Part shown: in pieces, positions 1 through 7,106 of the stretch
How the letters are laid out: every line of letters starts with the position of its first letter
How positions within the stretch are numbered: the stretch's first letter is position 1
Source: an uncultured Litorilinea sp.
Lineage (GTDB): Bacteria; Chloroflexota; Anaerolineae; Caldilineales; Caldilineaceae
DNA: 31,484 nt
Assembly: GCA_937922105.1 (NCBI GenBank)
Contig: CAKZVN010000320.1
Span: forward strand, 1-31,484
Reading direction: 5' to 3'
Notes under the pieces: generated by a model
Seen by the model: the letters and a program-made list of their open reading frames with translations, nothing else
Told to the model about the DNA's origin: nothing
Database searches by the model: none
Program-made: the position numbers and the translations under genes

Positions 1-16
1 GTCCGCAGTGCGGACA
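1..16. promoter_or_regulatory. Candidate parS palindrome, copy 1 (window starts inside it)
   Basis: GTCCGCAGTGCGGACA at 1-16; bases 1-22 are identical to 1204-1225. Confidence 0.6.
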
Positions 17-103
17 CCTCTCTCCTGTACATCCGATATAATTCGTCGGGTTGCCTGGGCAATGCTTCGCCGTCGCCAGGCGACTAAGAACCTTCCAACA
101 GGT

Positions 104-544
104 TTAGCGCCGCCGGATTTCGTCAAGCAGTTCGGCAGGCAGCAAAATCCGCAGCCCCAGATCTGCGTACACCTGCTCCCGGATTTCGATCATGTGCCTG
201 CGATCTAGGCTGACCAAATAGTCCACCCGGGCCTTAAGCGCGGTGGCAAAGTGGGGCGCATCCTTGAAGGCCGTATGGGGCTGCATCTGCAGCACTTCGT
301 CCCGGGTGGGATCCACGATAGGGAAGGGGATGGTCGCCTAGATGGTCTCAAAGGCCGGCAAGGCCTGGGGACGTTTGGCGGCCAGATTCTTCGCCGTCTC
401 CAAGAGCACGAACTTGTTGAGCACCAGGCGCAGTTGCCCACGTTGGGCAAAGTGGATGATCTCCCGGGATGCGCCGCGTGCCGAATCGCTGGCGGCAAAG
501 AGCACGCTGGCGTCGATGAAGACCGCTAGCGTCCCTGGTTCCAT
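104..544 (-). pseudogene. PIN-domain (VapC-like) toxin interrupted by one in-frame TAG
   Basis: ORFs 338..544 (VFIDASVL) and 104..316 (KDAPHFATALKARVDYLVSLDRRH) are in the same frame. They are separated only by TAG at 338-340 and seven sense codons; joined, they form one PIN domain resembling the intact PIN at 18759-19286. Confidence 0.8.
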
Positions 545-828
545 TGCTCTTCGCTGAGACCGTATTCCTGTTCGATGAGTTCACCGCGAATCTCACGGCC
601 CGCTTCGATCCACTCTTCCAGGGTGATGCCCTTCTCCTTGAGCAGTTCGCCCATCTTGTCCAGCGCGTCCGCGGCCACCATCTCCTGCGGGCTGATGAGA
701 ATGCCGCGCTCGGTCTCCACGAAGGCGATGAGATCGCCCGGCGCTAAGCCCAGCTTTTGGCGGATTTCCTGGGGAATGGTCACCTGCCCCCGTTCCTGTA
801 GGCGCGAGACCTTGAGTTTTGTCGTCAT
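526..828 (-). CDS. AbrB/MazE/SpoVT-family antitoxin
   Basis: MTTKLKVSRLQERGQVTIPQEIRQKLGLAPGD is a typical swapped-hairpin AbrB motif; the gene overlaps the PIN start. Start taken at ATG 828. Confidence 0.88.
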   Translation of the reverse strand: MTTKLKVSRLQERGQVTIPQEIRQKLGLAPGDLIAFVETERGILISPQEMVAADALDKMGELLKEKGITLEEWIEAGREIRGELIEQEYGLSEEQWNQGR

Positions 829-870
829 ATCCTCGGCTCCCTGAATCATACTGTCATACTTCATGAATCC

Positions 871-879
871 ATTATAGCA
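871..879 (-). promoter_or_regulatory. Extended -10 promoter of the AbrB-PIN operon
   Basis: Minus strand reads TGCTATAAT (TGn-TATAAT) about 45 bp upstream of the abrB start. Confidence 0.6.
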
Positions 880-1038
880 GGGAACTAGGCCGGATGGAAG
901 CGGATCGGCGCGGGCATGGGCAGACAAGGGGGGAAGCAACATGCGCCCGCCTGCCATAGCAGGAAGAACGCCAGGACCTACCCAAGAGATTTTGGGGGAC
1001 ATGGCGACCCGGTGCGGTCCAGGCCGCCTGGCGACAGG

Positions 1039-1932
1039 CTAGGCCTTCCGCTCCAAATCCGCCAAGCGCCGACCGGCCTCCTCGATGATCCGGCGCAGCA
1101 GGCGAATCGCCTCGTCCTTGGCTTGGGGCTCGACCTGGGTGAGTTGGGGCTGTTGCAGGGAACGATAGATGCGCTGCATGGCCGCCACACCGCCCGTCCG
1201 GCTGTCCGCAGTGCGGACACCTCTCACCAGTGATTGCGGGGAGGGTGCAGCGTTTTCGGCCTGGCGGGCTGCGATCAGTTGGTCCCGGTCGAGATGACCC
1301 GCGATCACCTTCTCAATGAAAAGGCGCCGGATATGAGGGTCCTCGATCTTGGCCAACTCCTCGGCCGTGCGCACGGGGATGTCGGCAGTGCGGACAGCTT
1401 CCTCCAGATCGGGATAGCGCACAATGCTGAGCAACGTGCCCACATAGCTGCTGCTCTTGCCGATGCGCGTGGCGATCTGGCGAATGCTGTAGCCCATCTC
1501 CTGCTGCAGACGCAGATAGCCGCGCGCCTCTTCCACAGGGTGGAGGTCCTCGCGCAGCACATTCTCGGTGAGGGCAATCTCCATCATCTGCTGATCGGAG
1601 AGGTCCCGCACCTGGACCGGAATCGCCGTCAAACCGGCGAGGTGGGCCGCGCGTAACCGGCGTTCGCCGTAGGCCAACTGGTAGCTGCGCCCCTTGCGGC
1701 GCACCAGCAGATGCCCATAGAAGCCATGCGCGCGCAGGGAGGCGGCCAGTTCCGCCACACTCTGGTCGTCGAAATGCCGGCGGGGCTGAAAGGGGTTGGG
1801 GCGAATCTGGGCGATGGGAATCTCGCGCACGTCCAGCTCGGTGGTGTCGCCGCCGATGCGATCCAGGATGCCGCCGGCATCCAACGTCGCCTGGGCGGTT
1901 GCGTCGGTGAGTTGGGCGCGCTTACGCGTCAT
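1039..1932 (-). CDS. parB: ParB/Spo0J-family partition protein
   Basis: IRPNPFQPRR box I, GERRLRA arginine patch (box II), ENVLREDL, HTH YSIRQIATRIGKSSSYV; start at ATG 1932 overlaps the parA stop. Confidence 0.95.
   Translation of the reverse strand: MTRKRAQLTDATAQATLDAGGILDRIGGDTTELDVREIPIAQIRPNPFQPRRHFDDQSVAELAASLRAHGFYGHLLVRRKGRSYQLAYGERRLRAAHLAGLTAIPVQVRDLSDQQMMEIALTENVLREDLHPVEEARGYLRLQQEMGYSIRQIATRIGKSSSYVGTLLSIVRYPDLEEAVRTADIPVRTAEELAKIEDPHIRRLFIEKVIAGHLDRDQLIAARQAENAAPSPQSLVRGVRTADSRTGGVAAMQRIYRSLQQPQLTQVEPQAKDEAIRLLRRIIEEAGRRLADLERKA
1203..1219. promoter_or_regulatory. Candidate parS palindrome, copy 2 (inside parB)
   Basis: Perfect TGTCCGCA-G-TGCGGACA; encodes VRTAD in ParB. Confidence 0.65.
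1380..1396. promoter_or_regulatory. Candidate parS palindrome, copy 3 (one mismatch, inside parB)
   Basis: TGTCGGCAGTGCGGACA; again encodes VRTAD. Confidence 0.55.
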
Positions 1933-2707
1933 GGTGCAAGACCTCTCTGGCCAAGGCCCGATAGGCTTCGGCCACGTTGCTGTCGCTGGCGTAGGTGAGA
2001 ATACTCTCACCGGCGATGGGCGCTTCCTTGAGGCGGACGTTGAGCTTGATGACCGATTTGTAGATATGCACCCGATTGGCCAGCACCTTGTCCACCGACG
2101 CCAGGACCTCGCGGGCATGGAGCGTGCGCGTGTCGGCCATGGTGGCGAAGAGGCCGGCGATCTTCAGTTCCCGGTTGATCTTGCGCTGCACGGTGGCGAT
2201 GGTCTTCATGAGCAGGTTGACGCCTTTGAGGGCCAGATAGTCGGCCTGGAGCGGGATCATGACCTCGCCGGCGGCGGCCAGCGCGTTGACCGTGAGCAGC
2301 CCCAGGCTGGGCGGACAGTCGATGAGGATGAAGTCGTAACGCTCCTTCACGGAGGCCAGAATCTCGCGCAAGATCATCTCGCCCATGGTCGCCTTGTTGA
2401 GATCTAGTTCGGCCGCCGAAAGCTCGATATTGGACGGCGCCAGGTCTACCCCGGCTGCCGTTGCACGGATCACGTCGGTCAAGGCTGGATGCTCTGCATC
2501 GGCGATGACAGCGCAGATCACGCTGTAGATGGTCTCTTGGAGGCTTTCCGGGTCGATGCCCACCGACATGGTCAAAGAGGCCTGGGGATCCAAGTCGATG
2601 AGCAACACCCGGTGGCCCTGTTCTTGCAGGGCCGCCCCCAGATTGAGCGTGCTGGTTGACTTGCCTACGCCGCCCTTTTGATTGGCAAGCGCAATAATGC
2701 GCGGCAT
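1922..2707 (-). CDS. parA: ParA/Soj-family ATPase without N-terminal HTH
   Basis: MPRIIALANQKGGVGKST (deviant Walker A), LLIDLDPQASLT, DFILIDCPPSLG (Walker B); RBS AGGAG upstream of ATG 2707. Confidence 0.96.
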   Translation of the reverse strand: MPRIIALANQKGGVGKSTSTLNLGAALQEQGHRVLLIDLDPQASLTMSVGIDPESLQETIYSVICAVIADAEHPALTDVIRATAAGVDLAPSNIELSAAELDLNKATMGEMILREILASVKERYDFILIDCPPSLGLLTVNALAAAGEVMIPLQADYLALKGVNLLMKTIATVQRKINRELKIAGLFATMADTRTLHAREVLASVDKVLANRVHIYKSVIKLNVRLKEAPIAGESILTYASDSNVAEAYRALAREVLHHDA

Positions 2708-2723
2708 ATTTTTCTCCTGCGAG

Positions 2724-2740
2724 TGTCCGCAGTGCGGACA
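2724..2740. promoter_or_regulatory. Candidate parS/operator palindrome, copy 4 (just upstream of the parA RBS)
   Basis: Perfect TGTCCGCAGTGCGGACA about 17 bp upstream of the parA ATG. Confidence 0.7.
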
Positions 2741-2808
2741 GTTACCACTCCATGCTATACGCGCCGTAGAGAGACTCAAAACTGCATGGATGGTGGTCGG
2801 TTGACGGT

Positions 2809-3957
2809 CTAGACGGCGATATCCGGCATGGTTGCCGGCGCCGCCTCCTCAACCAAGAAGCGCAGTCCGATCTCTCCCGTCTTCAACCCCTCAAAGGCCG
2901 GCGCATCGCGACAGAGGAACTTCACCTCGCGTTGGATGGCCGTGCGGATGCCCGGATGGGTCAACTGGCGTTCCATCCAGACGTCGTTGCCCACTTCCTC
3001 CGCTTGGGCGCGCGCGCGGCTGTCCGGGTCCAAGTAACCGTCGGGGGCGCCATAATCCTCCTCAATCGCCTTGCGCAACCAACCACGCGGGTTTTTGATG
3101 CGATCCGGATGCACTTCTTCCAGAAAGTCCAGAAAGTCCAGTTTTTCGCGGATACGGGCGTGGCCAAACTGGTCGACCAGTTGGCGTGCAACGCGTTTAC
3201 CCAATCCCCGTTCTATCAAAGCAACAACAGCGTCGTCCTCGGGGATGGGTGGCGCTTCGTTTTGCGGCGATGCTGCGCGCATTGTTCGGTGGTTGTTGTT
3301 ATGGGTATTGTTGCTTTGTTGTTGTTCGATCGGTAAATTACCAGACCCCCCCGGTAAATTACCAGACCCCCTTCGGTAATTTACCGAACCCCCCTCTTGC
3401 TGTGGGGCGGGGGCTGCTTCCGGCTGTGCCACGCGGGCCGGACGACGAGTCGCCTTGAGGTTATCCAGATTTGTGCGGCAGCGTTCCACCAGTTCGGCAT
3501 GTTTCTGTTGCAGCAGGGGCGGCAGGGTAGCGAGCTGGTCTAGGGTCAATAGCTTGGGGGTGAGGACGACGTCGAATTTATAGCGCATATCCGGCCCTTC
3601 GCCCTCCTCGCGCGCAAAGAGCAGTTCATGTTGCTGCAGAATCTCGATCAGGCCCGGGTAGGTATAGGTTTTGCCGTGCACCACCTTTTGGTAGCCGGTG
3701 AGGACGCGTCGCTCTTTGATGCCCAGGATGGCGGCCAGGAGGTTGATTGAAGGCCAACAGGTACCCGCCTTTTGGTCCTTGTCGGCGTGGCAGAAGCTGC
3801 GTAGCACCTCGTACAGCCCCCAGGCGTCGTTGCCGACCAGGGCGCGCCAGTAGGTGCTTTCGTAATTGGACAGAATTTGGAAGCCTGCCCGGAGAGGATC
3901 GGTGACGACGCCGTTGATGTCAACAGGAATGTCGTCGGGGAAAGTGGTATTCGCCAT
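2809..3957 (-). CDS. Putative replication initiator (N-terminal HTH, low-complexity linker, C-terminal KNPRGWLRKAIEEDY domain)
   Basis: WGLYEVLRSFC...CWPSINLLAAILGI resembles the HTH of phage/plasmid initiators; internal iteron-like repeats; directly upstream of parAB; AGGAG is 9 nt before ATG 3957. Confidence 0.7.
   Translation of the reverse strand: MANTTFPDDIPVDINGVVTDPLRAGFQILSNYESTYWRALVGNDAWGLYEVLRSFCHADKDQKAGTCWPSINLLAAILGIKERRVLTGYQKVVHGKTYTYPGLIEILQQHELLFAREEGEGPDMRYKFDVVLTPKLLTLDQLATLPPLLQQKHAELVERCRTNLDNLKATRRPARVAQPEAAPAPQQEGGSVNYRRGSGNLPGGSGNLPIEQQQSNNTHNNNHRTMRAASPQNEAPPIPEDDAVVALIERGLGKRVARQLVDQFGHARIREKLDFLDFLEEVHPDRIKNPRGWLRKAIEEDYGAPDGYLDPDSRARAQAEEVGNDVWMERQLTHPGIRTAIQREVKFLCRDAPAFEGLKTGEIGLRFLVEEAAPATMPDIAV
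3331..3394. repeat. Three tandem 21-22 bp iteron-like repeats inside rep
   Basis: CGGTAAATTACCAGACCCCCC / CGGTAAATTACCAGACCCCCTT / CGGTAATTTACCGAACCCCCC; each contains the dyad GGTAA-W-TTACC. Confidence 0.85.
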
Positions 3958-3986
3958 GTTGCACATCTCCTGTGGGTCCCAGACGG

Positions 3987-4128
3987 GCCTTGAAGGAGGT
4001 GCAAAGACAGAGGCTTGACATCACCGGTGATCTCGCATATGCTGAAGGTGCCAACCTAAGCCTTGAGATCGCCTTGTTTGGTGATGTCAGTTACTTTTAA
4101 GCCTCTGTTCCTTGCATCTCTTGCAGGC
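3987..4128. other. Long imperfect inverted repeat (rod-like hairpin) upstream of rep
   Basis: Nested pairings: 3994-4004 with 4112-4122, 4007-4016 with 4099-4108, 4016-4025 with 4080-4089, 4026-4034 with 4065-4073. Confidence 0.8.
4015..4043 (+). promoter_or_regulatory. Strong sigma70-type promoter firing away from the rep CDS
   Basis: TTGACA (4015-4020), 17 bp, TATGCT (4038-4043). Confidence 0.75.
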
Positions 4129-4175
4129 GGAACTAGGACGAAGAATAGGCTCCGTTTCGGGGCTTATTCTTTTTT
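4050..4175 (+). ncRNA. Candidate ~125-nt counter-transcribed (antisense) RNA
   Basis: Bounded by the consensus promoter and an intrinsic terminator; no ORF with an RBS; internal hairpin GTTCC-TTGCA-tctct-TGCAG-gc-GGAAC. Ends are approximate. Confidence 0.5.
4141..4175 (+). terminator. Intrinsic terminator
   Basis: 13-bp stem AAGAATAGGCTCC/GGGGCTTATTCTT (two G-U pairs), 5-nt loop, then a T-run. Confidence 0.75.
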
Positions 4176-4253
4176 GATGGATAGAGTGTTTGGATCTGAT
4201 CCGATTTCGTGGACACCGAGTTAAGGGTATACTGCCCGCAAAGGAGGTGTCCG

Positions 4254-4322
4254 ATGAAACGCCAACAGTTTGACCGTCCCGGCGCACGTGCGCCAGGGTC
4301 CGAAAGGACCCCATCCCCGTAA
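4254..4322 (+). CDS. Possible 22-aa small ORF MKRQQFDRPGARAPGSERTPSP
   Basis: AAGGAGGT at 4241-4248, then ATG 4254 to TAA 4322; it overlaps three hairpins, so it may instead be non-coding. Confidence 0.25.
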   Translation: MKRQQFDRPGARAPGSERTPSP

Positions 4323-4362
4323 GGGGATTCAGACCGCCACGACCCTTGTAGACTCTTGACAC

Positions 4363-4396
4363 CGCCCAGGCAGCTCCTAACTGCCTGGGCGTTTTT
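4363..4396 (+). terminator. Intrinsic terminator / REP-like hairpin
   Basis: Perfect 11-bp stem CGCCCAGGCAG/CTGCCTGGGCG, 7-nt loop, followed by TTTTT. Confidence 0.7.
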
Positions 4397-4571
4397 GCGC
4401 GTCTGCCAGAGCCCAATCTCCCAATTCGCTAACCTCACGGGCTGCAGGGCGCTTGCAGGCGGGATGCGCCCTTGCGCGGCGCCCGCGGTGCGCTTGCGGC
4501 GCGGGGTGTGGTAGCATAAGGACCATGAGTCGCCTGTCCTGATGTGCCCGCCGCGCCGGAAGCCGCTGCCC

Positions 4572-6800
4572 ATGTCCCGCGAACCGACCACCGTCGCCAA
4601 ATTGCGCGGCCTGCCCTGGAGCGTCGCCTGCAACGCCACCGCCCAGGTCCACGCGCAGTTGACCTTCTTCGGCGCGCTCTTCATTCTTTTTCTCAACCAG
4701 CTGGGGCTGAGCAAGACCGCCATCGGCTTGGTCCTGGCGCTGGTCCCCTTTTCCTCGGTGTTGGCGCCGCTGGTGGCGCCCTTCACCGCGCGCTACGGCT
4801 ATAAGCGCGTCTTCGTGATCTTCTATGCCGCGCGCAAGGTGGTCACCCTCTTCATCTTGGCAGCGCCGTGGGTGGCGGCGTGGGGCGGCACCACCGCGGT
4901 CTTTTGGTACATTGTGGCGGTGATTGCGTCCTTTGCCGTGGTGCGCACCATCGAAGAGACCGCCTACTTCCCCTGGGTGCAAGAGTTTGTGCCCAACCGC
5001 GTGCGCGGCAAATACACCGCCATGAGCAACATTGCCACCGCCTCCACCGGCTTTCTTGCGGTCTGGGCTGCGGGCCAAGTGCTGGAGCGCAGCAGCGGCT
5101 TGGAGGGCTTCCTGCTGCTCTTTGCCGTGGGCGCGGGCTTCGGCTTTGCCTCGGTGGCGGCGTCGCTCTTCATCCCTGGCGGCGCGGCCCAGCCCGAACT
5201 GCCCACGCGCGGCTGGCGCCAGGTTTTGACCGGCCCCGCGCTGCGCGACGGCAGCTTTCGCCGCTATCTGTTGGGCGTGGCGCTGGTGATCTTGGGCACC
5301 GCGCCGCTGGCGACCTTTCTGCCCCTCTACCTGGAGGAGCGCGCCGGCTTGACCTCGGCCCAGGTGGTGCAGGTGCAGATGGGCAGCCTGTTGGGGATGC
5401 TGGTCTTTTCCTATTTGTGGGGCTGGGCCGCGGACCGCTACGGCTCCAAGCCGGTGATGCAGGCGGGCGGCTGGCTCTTGGTGGGCATGCCGCTGCTCTG
5501 GTGGCTCTTGCCCGGCGGGCAGACGTGGAGCTTAGCCGCCGCGCTGGGCATCGCCTTCCTGCAGGGCAGCGCCACCCTGGGCTGGGGCATCGGGTCGGGT
5601 CGCCTGCTCTTCGTCAGCGTCGTCCCCACCGAACACAAGCTGGACTACATGGCGCTCTACTTCGCCTGGGTGGGGTTGGTCAGCGGGCTGAGCCAATTTG
5701 CCGGCGGCGGCGCGCTGGACGCCGCACGACGTCTGGAGGGCACGCTGTGGGGCGTGGAATTGCACGCCTATGTGCCGCTCTTTGCCGTCTCCGCGCTCTT
5801 GCCCCTGGCTGCCATCGCGCTCTTCGCCCGTGTGCGCGGGGATAGCCCCCTCTCCACGCGCCAAGTCGCCAGCATCTTCCTGCGCGGCAACCCCTTCCTC
5901 GCCATGGGGTCGCTGATTCGCTACTACACCAGCCAGGACGAGGCGCGCACGGTGAGCGCGACCGCCGCGCTGGCTGCGCCGGGCAGCCGCCTCACCGTGG
6001 ATGAGCTGCTGGAAGCCCTGGCAGACCCGCGCTTCAACGTGCGCTTCGAGGCCATCCAGGCCCTGGCGCGGATGCCCGCGGACTCGCGCATCACCGACGC
6101 GCTGGTCAAGACGCTGCACAGCCGCGCGCCTGCGCTCAGCTCCATGGCGGCGTGGGCGCTGGGCCGCGGCGGTCATCACGCCGCCATCCCCGCGCTGCGC
6201 GCCGCGCTGGAAAGCGACTATCGCTCGGTGCAAAGCTACGCCGCGCGCGCACTGGGCACCCTGGGCGATGCCGCCGTGGGCCGCGAGCTGTTGGCCCGCC
6301 TGGAAGCCGCCACCGACGAAGGCTTGAGCTTGGCCTATGCCACCGCGCTGGGGCGCTTGCAAGTCGCCGAGGCGCTGGACCCCATCCTGGCGCGCTTGGC
6401 CGCGGCCGCGGATGAATCGGTGCGCGCCGAGTTGGCCTTGGCCGCGGCGCGACTGGTGGGCGACGAAGCGCCCTACATTCGCCTGGCGCGCAGCAGCGCC
6501 AGCCAGCCGGGCACCAGCTATGCCCAGGCGTTGGCTACGGCCCACAAACAACTGGCGCGGCGGCTGCGCGGCAATGCGCCCCGCTTGGCTCTCTTGACCG
6601 AGTTGGCCGACTGCTTTGCGCGCGAAGAAGTGGACGCGGCCGCGGTGGGCTTGGCCGCGTGGTTGGCGGAGATGCCGCCCGGCCTTTTGGCTGCGCCGGC
6701 AAGCCACGTGGCGCGCGTCGCGGCCGCGCAGCTCCAGCGCCACGCGGCCGCGCGGCCCGAATACCTGCTCCTCGCGCTCCACGCCCTGACGGTGGGCTAG
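4572..6800 (+). CDS. MFS transporter fused to C-terminal HEAT (PBS-lyase-like) repeats
   Basis: About 12 hydrophobic segments with MFS loop motifs (ARYGYKR, AADRYGSKP), then repeats such as LLEALADPRFNVRFEAIQALARM and LRAALESDYRSVQSYAARALGTLG. Confidence 0.85.
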   Translation: MSREPTTVAKLRGLPWSVACNATAQVHAQLTFFGALFILFLNQLGLSKTAIGLVLALVPFSSVLAPLVAPFTARYGYKRVFVIFYAARKVVTLFILAAPWVAAWGGTTAVFWYIVAVIASFAVVRTIEETAYFPWVQEFVPNRVRGKYTAMSNIATASTGFLAVWAAGQVLERSSGLEGFLLLFAVGAGFGFASVAASLFIPGGAAQPELPTRGWRQVLTGPALRDGSFRRYLLGVALVILGTAPLATFLPLYLEERAGLTSAQVVQVQMGSLLGMLVFSYLWGWAADRYGSKPVMQAGGWLLVGMPLLWWLLPGGQTWSLAAALGIAFLQGSATLGWGIGSGRLLFVSVVPTEHKLDYMALYFAWVGLVSGLSQFAGGGALDAARRLEGTLWGVELHAYVPLFAVSALLPLAAIALFARVRGDSPLSTRQVASIFLRGNPFLAMGSLIRYYTSQDEARTVSATAALAAPGSRLTVDELLEALADPRFNVRFEAIQALARMPADSRITDALVKTLHSRAPALSSMAAWALGRGGHHAAIPALRAALESDYRSVQSYAARALGTLGDAAVGRELLARLEAATDEGLSLAYATALGRLQVAEALDPILARLAAAADESVRAELALAAARLVGDEAPYIRLARSSASQPGTSYAQALATAHKQLARRLRGNAPRLALLTELADCFAREEVDAAAVGLAAWLAEMPPGLLAAPASHVARVAAAQLQRHAAARPEYLLLALHALTVG

Positions 6801-6929
6801 GGTGCTGGCGGCTTGGTGTCTCCATGCACTCCAGCCGTGCTCAAACGATGACTTTCGTCATCGCCGAGCGCCGCGGCTGCAACTGCGCCAAACTCGTTGG
6901 GCGCCCTCTTTTTTGGCGCGCGAAGCCCC

Positions 6930-6958
6930 TTGACGCGCGCCCTGGCCCGTGTTACGCT
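6930..6958 (+). promoter_or_regulatory. Sigma70-type promoter of the DUF4157 gene
   Basis: TTGACG, 17 bp, TACGCT preceded by TG (extended -10). Confidence 0.65.
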
Positions 6959-7106
6959 TATGGGCATTGACTCCGACTTCAGCGGAGCGCCGTGCTCGTT
7001 GCCGGTGCCTGCGCAGGTTGTCTTACTCCCCATCCGCTGTCTGCCTGCTGCCTGTGCCGCGTTCACCCGGGGCCGGGCCGCCTCTCTGTCCAGGAGCTGT
7101 GCGCGC

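Noticed and set aside
3331-3394. CRISPR-like array.
   Set aside because: Repeats are contiguous with no spacers, lie inside a CDS, and no cas genes are present.
3987-4128. 6S RNA interpretation of the long rod.
   Set aside because: Unpaired stretches are on one arm only with no two-sided central bubble, and a consensus promoter lies inside the stem.
4050-4396. tmRNA, RNase P RNA or hammerhead ribozyme in the ~350-nt non-coding stretch.
   Set aside because: No tRNA-like acceptor ends, no GAGGAAAGUCC, no CUGANGA/GAAA core, and a terminator at 4141-4175 splits the region.
6897-7106. Upstream extensions of ORF-track starts (6897, 4542, 2779, 2118, 1002, 16606, 15101, 14103, 18850, 19569, 20245, 21030, 22826, 26357, 26432).
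   Set aside because: Downstream ATGs have a clear RBS or operon overlap and coincide with the start of family similarity; some extensions run through promoters.
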